From contig CAVYTA010000007.1 in NCBI GenBank assembly GCA_963771355.1, positions 282,423 to 346,422 of the forward strand: a DNA stretch of 64,000 nt, written 5' to 3'. The stretch comes from an uncultured Candidatus Rokubacteria bacterium. GTDB lineage: Bacteria; Methylomirabilota; Methylomirabilia; Rokubacteriales; CSP1-6. The first letter of the stretch is position 1. Each line of letters begins with the position of its first letter. This document shows, piece after piece, positions 57,759-64,000 of the stretch. The notes beneath the pieces were generated by a model. That model did not search any database. It saw only the letters and a program-made list of their open reading frames with translations, and was not told the origin of the DNA. The translations under genes and the position numbers were made by a program.

Positions 57759-58402
57759 GCGCGCCGCGGACCTTTCTCCTCGCCGGGCTCACCGGCGGCA
57801 TCGCCACCGGCAAGAGCACGGTGAGCGCCCTCTTCACGCATCTGGGGGCCCGGGTCACCGACGCCGACCAGCTCGCCCGCGAGGTGGTGGCGCCGGGCCA
57901 GCCCGCCCACGCCGCCATCGTGAAGGAGTTCGGCCGCGAGGTGCTGCAGCCCGACGGCTACCTCGACCGCAAGCGGCTCGGCGCGCTGGTGTTCTCCGAC
58001 GCCGAGAAGCGCAAGCGGCTGGAGGCCATCACCCATCCCGCCATCCGGACGCGCTGGGATCGCATCCTCTCCGTCTACGACGAGGAGGAGTTCGCGGGCA
58101 TCGTCTTCTGGGATGCGGCGCTGCTCTACGAGACGGGGGGCGCCCGGTTGATGGACACCATGGTGGTGGTCACCGCCGAGCCCGACGTGCAGATGGCCCG
58201 GCTCATCGCCCGCGACGGGTGCACCGAGGCGGACGCGCGGGCGCGCATCGCGAGCCAGATGCCGGTGGCGGACAAGGCACAGCGGGCCGACTACGTGATC
58301 GACAACTCCGGCCCGCGTGCCGAGACGGAGCGCCAGGTGCGGGAGGTGTATCGCGCGCTCCTCGCCGACCTCGCCGCCCGCCGCGCCGGCGCTCCTCGAT
58401 GA
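57755..58402 (+). CDS. coaE: Dephospho-CoA kinase
   Basis: GTG overlaps the polA stop (GTGA). LAGLTGGIATGKSTV P-loop. 215 aa. Confidence 0.8.
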   Translation: MSAPRTFLLAGLTGGIATGKSTVSALFTHLGARVTDADQLAREVVAPGQPAHAAIVKEFGREVLQPDGYLDRKRLGALVFSDAEKRKRLEAITHPAIRTRWDRILSVYDEEEFAGIVFWDAALLYETGGARLMDTMVVVTAEPDVQMARLIARDGCTEADARARIASQMPVADKAQRADYVIDNSGPRAETERQVREVYRALLADLAARRAGAPR

Positions 58403-58415
58403 GCGCCGCGCGCGC

Positions 58416-59303
58416 ATGAGCCCGCGCCGGAACGCGCGCGCGGGCACCCGGCCGGCCATTCGCCACGGGCGGGCGGGGTCCACCTCCGGCAAGCGGCGTG
58501 CCCTGGGGCAGCATTTTCTCCGCGACGAGGCGGCGGCGGCCCGCATCGTGGCGCTGGTATCGCCCACCGCGCGCGACCTCGTCGTCGAGATCGGGCCCGG
58601 CGAGGGCGCGCTCACCGCGCATCTCGCGCGTGCGGCGGGCCGGCTGGTGGCGGTGGAGGTGGACGCGGAGCTGGCCGCGCGGCTCACCGCGCGCTTCGCC
58701 GGCTCGGGGGCGGAGATCCTCCGCGCCGACGCGCTGGAGTTCGACTGGGCGGCGCTGCCCGCCCGGCGTCCCGATCCGGGCGGGCGCATCCTCATCGTGG
58801 GCAATCTCCCCTACAGCGTGGGCAAGCCCATCCTGATGGCGCTGGCCGGGGCCGCCCCCGCGCTCGCCGCCGCCGCGCCCACCGAGCTCGCCCTCATGCT
58901 CCAGAAGGAGGTCGCGGAGCGGGTGGCGGCGGAGCCGGGCGGGCGGACCTATGGGAGTCTCTCGGTGTTGAGCCAGCTCGTCTTCGAGGTGCGCCTTGCC
59001 TTCACCGTGCCGCCGGGCGCCTTCCGCCCGCCGCCCCTGGTGGACTCCGCGGTGCTACATCTCCGCGCGCTGACGGAGCCGCCGGTTCCCGTCGCCGATC
59101 CGCGCCGGCTGCGCGCGGTGGTGCGCGCGGCCTTCGCCCAGCGCCGAAAAAGCCTCGCCAACGCGCTCGCGGGCGGCCTCGGTCTTCCCGCCGAGCGGGG
59201 CCGGGCCGTCCTCGCCGACCTCCGCATCGATCCCACCCGCCGCGCGGAAACCCTGTCGCTCGCAGAGTTCGCGCGCCTGGCCGCCGCCCTGGAGACCGCA
59301 TGA
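58416..59303 (+). CDS. rsmA: 16S rRNA (adenine1518/1519-N6)-dimethyltransferase RsmA/KsgA
   Basis: ATG 58416. LGQHFLRDE, VVEIGPGEGALT (SAM site), IVGNLPYSVGKPIL. Confidence 0.8.
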   Translation: MSPRRNARAGTRPAIRHGRAGSTSGKRRALGQHFLRDEAAAARIVALVSPTARDLVVEIGPGEGALTAHLARAAGRLVAVEVDAELAARLTARFAGSGAEILRADALEFDWAALPARRPDPGGRILIVGNLPYSVGKPILMALAGAAPALAAAAPTELALMLQKEVAERVAAEPGGRTYGSLSVLSQLVFEVRLAFTVPPGAFRPPPLVDSAVLHLRALTEPPVPVADPRRLRAVVRAAFAQRRKSLANALAGGLGLPAERGRAVLADLRIDPTRRAETLSLAEFARLAAALETA

Positions 59304-61663
59304 ACGACCTCGACTTCGACCGCTCGCTGCCCGACACCTCGTCCACCGTGCGCGTCCACGGGCTCGGCGCCCGCGCCGAGATCTGGCGGGACGCGGAGGG
59401 GATCCCGCACGCCCGCGCGGCGTCCGAAGCCGACGCCTTCTTCGCCCAGGGCTGGGTGCACGCGCAGGACCGCCTCTGGCAGATGGAGTACGATCGGCGC
59501 CGCGCCTATGGCCGCTGGGCCGAGCTGGCCGGGCCCGCCGCCCTCGCCCAGGACGTCCAGATGCGCCGCTTTCGTCTGGAGGCGAGCGCCCGCGCGGACT
59601 ACGCCGCCGCGAGCGCGGACACGCGCGTCATGCTCGACGCCTACGCGGCGGGCGTCAACGCGCTCCTCGGGAGCGCGCGGGCGCTGCCGGTGGAGTTCGG
59701 GCTCGTCGGCGCCCGGCCCGAGCCCTGGCAGCCGTGGGACAGCGCCGCCGTCTTCAAGGTGCGCCATATCCTCATGGGCATCTGGCAGGTCAAGGCCTGG
59801 CGGGCGCGGCTGGTGCGCCATCTGGGCGCGGTGCGTGCCGCCGCCCTCTGCCCCGGCACCCAGGACAACCCCCTCCTGATCATCCCGCCCGGGATCGAGT
59901 ACACGGGGCCGGGCGATCACGCCGCCGCCGCCGGGCTCGCCGAGCTGAGCGCGGGCGAAGCCGCGCTGCCCGCCCTGCCCGAATGGGAAGTGGGCAGCAA
60001 CAACTGGGCGGTGTCGGGACGGCGCACCGCGTCCGGCAAGCCCCTGGTGGCGGGTGATCCGCATCGCCCGCTCGACGTGCCGTCCGTGTATTACCAGAAT
60101 CACCTCGCCTGTCCGGAGTGGGACGCCATCGGTCTCTCCTTCCCCGGGGTGCCGGGCCTGCCGCACTTCGGTCACACCGCGCACGTCGCCTGGTGCGTCA
60201 CCCATGCCCAGGCCGACTATCAGGACCTCTACGTCGAGCGCTTCGATCCCGCGGACCCGCGCCGCTACGCGTTCGAGAACGGCTGGCGCGTGGCCGAGAT
60301 GACCCATGAGACCGTCGCGGTGCGCGGCGCCGCGCCGGTGACGCTCGAGCTCACGGTGACGCATCACGGGCCCATCGTGCTGGGCGATCCGCGTCGCGGC
60401 GCCGCCATCGCGTTCCGCTATACCGCGACCGCCCGCCCCAACTCCACCTTCGAGGCCCTGCTGCCCATGCTGCGGGCCCGCAACGCGGACGAGTTCGAGG
60501 AGGCGCAGCGCCCCTGGGTGGATCCCGCCAACAACCTCGTCTACGCCGACGTCCACGGCGCCATCGGCTACCGCACGCGCGGCGAAATCCCCGTGCGCGC
60601 CCGCGCGAATGCCTGGCTGCCGGTGCCGGGCTGGGACGGCGCGCACGAGTGGCAGGGCGCGGTGCCCTTCGAGGAGATGCCGGCGCTCCGCGACCCCGCG
60701 GTGGGCTTCGTGGCCACCGCCAATAGCCGCATCGAGGGCGAGGGGTACCCGCACTATCTGAGCCTGGACTGGAGTCCCGATTTCCGCACCCGCCGCGTGG
60801 TCGAGCGGCTCCGGCCGCTCACGCGGGCCACCGTGGCCGACATGGCGGCCATCCACGGAGATCGCGTGTCCATCCCGGCGCGTGAGCTGATCGAGATACT
60901 CACCGCGCGGCTGCCCGAGCTGCGCGCGGCGGACCCATCGCTGTCGAGCGACGTCGTGGTGCGGGATGCGCTGGACCGATTCCTGGCCTGGGACGGCGTC
61001 ATGGATGGGGCGGTGGTGGCGCCGACCATCTACAGCGCGTTCCGCGAGCGGCTGCTGCACGACCTCATGGAGCCCATCCTGGGCCCGCTCGCCGCCGAGG
61101 CGTTCGCCGGCACGCCGCGCGGCGCCGTGGGTCACATGGCGCGGCTGCGCTCGCTTCTCACCGCCATGATCCGTCGTGACGATCGCACCCTGCTGCCGGA
61201 CGGCGACGCGTGGCCGGCCGCCCTCGCGCGTGCCTTCGCGGGCGCGGTGGCCGAGCTCCGGGCGGAGCTCGGCGGCGACGTGGCGTCCTGGCGCTGGGCA
61301 CGCGTGCACACCACCAGGCCCGAGCATCCCCTGGCCGCCGCCTTCCCCGCCGCGGCGGCGCGGCTCAACCCGCCCGCCGTCGCCATCGGCGGCGACGGCG
61401 ACACCGTGCAGGCCGCATCCTTCATCGCCGCCGCCGGCTACGGGCTCACCTCGACCTCGGTGGCGCGCTACGTCTTCGATCTCGGGGATTGGGAGCAGAG
61501 CGCCTGGATCGTGCCGCTGGGCGCCTCCGGCCATCCCGGGAGCCCACACTATGCCGATCAGGCGCCGGCCTGGGCGGAGTGCCGGCTGCTCCCGATGCGC
61601 TACGGCTGGGCGGGCATCGCGCGCGACGCGGAGTCGCGACAGACGCTCGAGCCCGCCGGCTGA
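59300..61663 (+). CDS. Penicillin amidase / acylase family protein (Ntn hydrolase; possibly acyl-homoserine-lactone acylase)
   Basis: ATGA overlap with rsmA. Alpha-subunit pattern GIPHARAASEADAFFAQGWVHAQDRLWQMEYDRR. The beta-subunit N-terminal nucleophile context GSNNWAVSG is preceded by a spacer. No obvious signal peptide. 787 aa. Confidence 0.7.
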   Translation: MNDLDFDRSLPDTSSTVRVHGLGARAEIWRDAEGIPHARAASEADAFFAQGWVHAQDRLWQMEYDRRRAYGRWAELAGPAALAQDVQMRRFRLEASARADYAAASADTRVMLDAYAAGVNALLGSARALPVEFGLVGARPEPWQPWDSAAVFKVRHILMGIWQVKAWRARLVRHLGAVRAAALCPGTQDNPLLIIPPGIEYTGPGDHAAAAGLAELSAGEAALPALPEWEVGSNNWAVSGRRTASGKPLVAGDPHRPLDVPSVYYQNHLACPEWDAIGLSFPGVPGLPHFGHTAHVAWCVTHAQADYQDLYVERFDPADPRRYAFENGWRVAEMTHETVAVRGAAPVTLELTVTHHGPIVLGDPRRGAAIAFRYTATARPNSTFEALLPMLRARNADEFEEAQRPWVDPANNLVYADVHGAIGYRTRGEIPVRARANAWLPVPGWDGAHEWQGAVPFEEMPALRDPAVGFVATANSRIEGEGYPHYLSLDWSPDFRTRRVVERLRPLTRATVADMAAIHGDRVSIPARELIEILTARLPELRAADPSLSSDVVVRDALDRFLAWDGVMDGAVVAPTIYSAFRERLLHDLMEPILGPLAAEAFAGTPRGAVGHMARLRSLLTAMIRRDDRTLLPDGDAWPAALARAFAGAVAELRAELGGDVASWRWARVHTTRPEHPLAAAFPAAAARLNPPAVAIGGDGDTVQAASFIAAAGYGLTSTSVARYVFDLGDWEQSAWIVPLGASGHPGSPHYADQAPAWAECRLLPMRYGWAGIARDAESRQTLEPAG

Positions 61664-61670
61664 CTCGACC

Positions 61671-63215
61671 TCAGGCCGCCGGCAGGGTGAAGGTGAACGT
61701 GCTGCCCTTGCCCTCCTCGCTCTCGACCCAGATGCGGCCGCCGTGCGCCTCGATCACGCTCCGGGTGATGGCCAGCCCGAGCCCCGTGCCCTCGATGTCG
61801 CGGGTGGCCTTGCTCTTCACCCGGTAGAACTTGTCGAAGACATAGGGCAGGTCGGCGGCCGGAATGCCGAGGCCGGTATCCGTCACGGAGACGGTGACGA
61901 CCGAGGCGGCGGCGCCTTCCGGCGCGCCTCCCGCCGTCACGGTCACCGCGATCCGCGCGCGCCCGCCGGCCGGCGTGTACTTCACGGCATTGCCCGCGAG
62001 ATTCGACAGCGCCTGGGTGAGCCGACCCGGCGTGGCCAGGACGGGCACGCGCTCCGGCGTCTCCACCGCGAGCGCGATGTTCTTGGCCTCGGCCTGCACC
62101 TGCAGCGAGGTGGCCACGTCGTGCACGAGCGGAACCAGGTCCACCGCCTCGCGGGGAGCCTCCAGCCCGGACTCGATCTTGCCGAGATCGAGGAGGTCGA
62201 TGATGAGCTCGTTCATGGACCGGGCCACCCGGAGAATGCTCTCGCACCGCGGCGCATAGCGCGCATCGGTGGGGCCCGACCGGAGCATCAACTCGGCGGT
62301 CAGGACGATGGCGCCGAGCGGGTTCTTGAGATCGTGCGAGACCGTGTTCACGAAGGTGTTCTTCATCCCCTCCAGCTCCTTGAGGAGCGTGATGTCACGG
62401 AGGATGGCGGCGACGCCCACCGCCTCGCCATAGGCGGTGCGCACCGGGACCACGCTGGCCAGCGCGGTGCGGCCGTCGGGCAGCCCAAGCTCGGTGGTGG
62501 CGGGCTCGCCCGCCTCGAGGAGCGGGCGCAGCGGTCCCTCCGCGAGCGGCGCGGGCAGGGGGGCGCCCCCGAGCGCCTCGGGCTCGAGCCCCAGCATGGA
62601 GCGGACGGCGGGATTGGCGAGGAGCACGATCCCGTCGGGATTCACCATCACCACCGCATCCTGGGTGCTGCCGAGCACGGCCGCGAGCGTGCTGCGCTCA
62701 TCGGACAGCGACTGGTAGATGCGCGAGGTCTCGAAGCCCGCGCCGAGCCCCGCCGCCACCAGCGAGGCCACCTGCACGTCGTCGGGGCCATAGACACTTC
62801 GGCCGCGCGCCGCGAAGACGAGGGCGCCCAGCACCTCGAGGCCCCGCCGGACGGGAGCGATGAGGGCGGCGTGAAGACCCAGCGCCGTCCAGCGCCCCTC
62901 GAGATCGGGGACGGGGTTCGGTTCCGCGGCGAGGTCGTCGATGAGCACCACGCGGCCAGTGGCAATAGCGCGTGCAGGCAGCCCCTCGCCCAGCGCGAAG
63001 GGCCGCTCTGCATACGCCTCCGCCGAGTCGCCCGTGAGCGGGTGCACGAGATACGCCTCGCTCTCCGCGTCCCGCAGGCAGACCGCCAGGTAATCGAAGG
63101 CGATGGCCGTCTCCGCCTGGTCGGCGAGGGTCTGGAACACGTGGGTGGGAATGGGCGAGCCGGCCAGCGCGATCAGGAGCTCGGATACGCGGCCGAGCCG
63201 ATCCGCGAGGGTCAC
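61671..63215 (-). CDS. GAF-domain sensor histidine kinase
   Basis: GTG start at 63215 overlaps the upstream gene stop (GTGA). Two GAF-like regions. H-box NTVSHDLKNPLGAIVLTAELM. HATPase GNAVKYTPAGG and GTGLGLAITRSVIEAHGGRIWVES. Confidence 0.75.
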   Translation of the reverse strand: MTLADRLGRVSELLIALAGSPIPTHVFQTLADQAETAIAFDYLAVCLRDAESEAYLVHPLTGDSAEAYAERPFALGEGLPARAIATGRVVLIDDLAAEPNPVPDLEGRWTALGLHAALIAPVRRGLEVLGALVFAARGRSVYGPDDVQVASLVAAGLGAGFETSRIYQSLSDERSTLAAVLGSTQDAVVMVNPDGIVLLANPAVRSMLGLEPEALGGAPLPAPLAEGPLRPLLEAGEPATTELGLPDGRTALASVVPVRTAYGEAVGVAAILRDITLLKELEGMKNTFVNTVSHDLKNPLGAIVLTAELMLRSGPTDARYAPRCESILRVARSMNELIIDLLDLGKIESGLEAPREAVDLVPLVHDVATSLQVQAEAKNIALAVETPERVPVLATPGRLTQALSNLAGNAVKYTPAGGRARIAVTVTAGGAPEGAAASVVTVSVTDTGLGIPAADLPYVFDKFYRVKSKATRDIEGTGLGLAITRSVIEAHGGRIWVESEEGKGSTFTFTLPAA

Positions 63216-63841
63216 GTCGTCGCTTCCCCGTATCCGCAGTGGGCGGCCACCAGCGCCGCCAGCGCGATCCCACCGGGGATGGTGTCCACGGGCCCCACCA
63301 CCGCGCGATGGCGGATCACGCCGGCCTTGTCCACGACGTAGAGACCCTGTTCCACCGCGGTCATCGCATGGTGGTGGAGGCGGCGCACGAAGTTCCGGTT
63401 CACCACGTCCAGCCATGCGCCGCGAATCTGGGGCCCGCTATCCCCAGTGGTGAAGGCACGGGCAAAGCTCACGAGCCCAGTGCGCGTGGCTACCAGCGCG
63501 CCCCGATCTCCCAGGCCATAGACGGCATAGAGGCGCTTGTCGGGATCGCACACGACGGGGTAGGGGACCGGCGCAGGCCGGAAAAAGCTCCGCGCCGCCT
63601 CCAGGAGATTGGGCGCGACCTGGATGACCTCGGCCTCGGCGGCGAGGAGGCCCTGGTAGCCCTCGATGATCCCCTGCATGTAGCCGCGGCAGAATGGGCA
63701 GGTGAACCCGCGTGAGAACCACACGATGACGTTCTGGCGCCCGCGATAGGCAGCCAGGTCGACGGTGGCGCCTCGTACCGAGGGCAGCGAGAAGAGCGGC
63801 GCCGGCTGGCCGACCGCCGCCGGTAGAGCGTCGAGGGCCAT
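63212..63841 (-). CDS. Redoxin/AhpC-TSA-like thioredoxin-fold protein (CxxC)
   Basis: 209 aa. VIVWFSRGFTCPFCRGYMQG has the CPFC motif in a peroxiredoxin-like context. Translationally coupled to the downstream GAF kinase. Confidence 0.5.
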   Translation of the reverse strand: MALDALPAAVGQPAPLFSLPSVRGATVDLAAYRGRQNVIVWFSRGFTCPFCRGYMQGIIEGYQGLLAAEAEVIQVAPNLLEAARSFFRPAPVPYPVVCDPDKRLYAVYGLGDRGALVATRTGLVSFARAFTTGDSGPQIRGAWLDVVNRNFVRRLHHHAMTAVEQGLYVVDKAGVIRHRAVVGPVDTIPGGIALAALVAAHCGYGEATT

Positions 63842-63848
63842 CGTCTCA

Positions 63849-64000
63849 TCTAGGACTTGGCGGCGGGACTTGTCAACGGAGTCGGAGCCGCCGCGGGCGC
63901 GCTGCGTCCTGCCCCGGTGACCAGCCGCAGGAAGCCGGGCGACAGGCGCGGGTCGAGCGTGTCGCGGATCCCGTCGCCGAGGAGGTTGAAGGCGAGGACG
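63849..64000 (-). CDS. C-terminal fragment of an ABC transporter permease (Opp/Dpp family); gene continues beyond window end
   Basis: Reverse-strand reading gives ...VLAFNLLGDGIRDTLDPRLSPG..., the characteristic OppC/DppC C-terminus, ending at a TAG at about 63849-63851. Confidence 0.5.

Overview
This is a 64-kb, roughly 70% GC chromosomal segment from a Gram-negative (diderm) bacterium, judged from the LptD, secretin and BamE-like lipoprotein genes. I saw no rRNA, tRNA, CRISPR array or transposase. Coding density is high, and many neighbouring genes overlap by ATGA or GTGA start/stop codons. Start coordinates were placed by counting residues from the supplied ORF ends; they are approximate where noted.

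The first half (about 0-31 kb) is a large type IV pilus (T4P) locus. It holds pilT, the major pilin pilA, three minor pilin-like genes including a 702-aa Cys-rich PilX-like protein, pilM-N-O-P-Q, an ExeA/MshM-like ATPase with a peptidoglycan-binding domain, a TPR protein, an MshE-type PilB with MshEN motifs, pilC, and a sensor kinase with a sigma-54 activator. Also embedded in the locus are three paralogous GT-C-type TPR membrane glycosyltransferase candidates (TMTC/DUF1736-like) that flank pilA, a PEP-CTERM protein behind a textbook sigma-54 promoter, a receiver-only response regulator, a BamE-like lipoprotein, and a CHASE2 nucleotidyl cyclase carrying at least five frameshifts.

The second half is mostly housekeeping: galU, a nicotinate PRTase-family gene, trpC-F-B-A, accD-folC, lptD, gltX, a Na/Pi cotransporter, glgA, glnB-glnE, polA, coaE, ksgA, a penicillin-acylase-family gene and a GAF histidine kinase. 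Two things stand out there. One is an operon of a DegT aminotransferase, a UbiA decaprenyl-phosphate phosphoribosyltransferase-like gene and a fused DprE1::DprE2 epimerase, which looks like a polyprenyl-phospho-arabinose-type pathway. The other is polA interrupted by a LAGLIDADG intein that itself carries a -1 frameshift and an in-frame stop.

The most interesting hypothesis is a pilin (or surface-protein) O-glycosylation system. Its parts would be the Ser/Thr/Pro-rich pilin tail, the three GT-C TPR transferases in tfpW-like synteny, and a lipid-linked pentose donor pathway encoded about 30 kb away.
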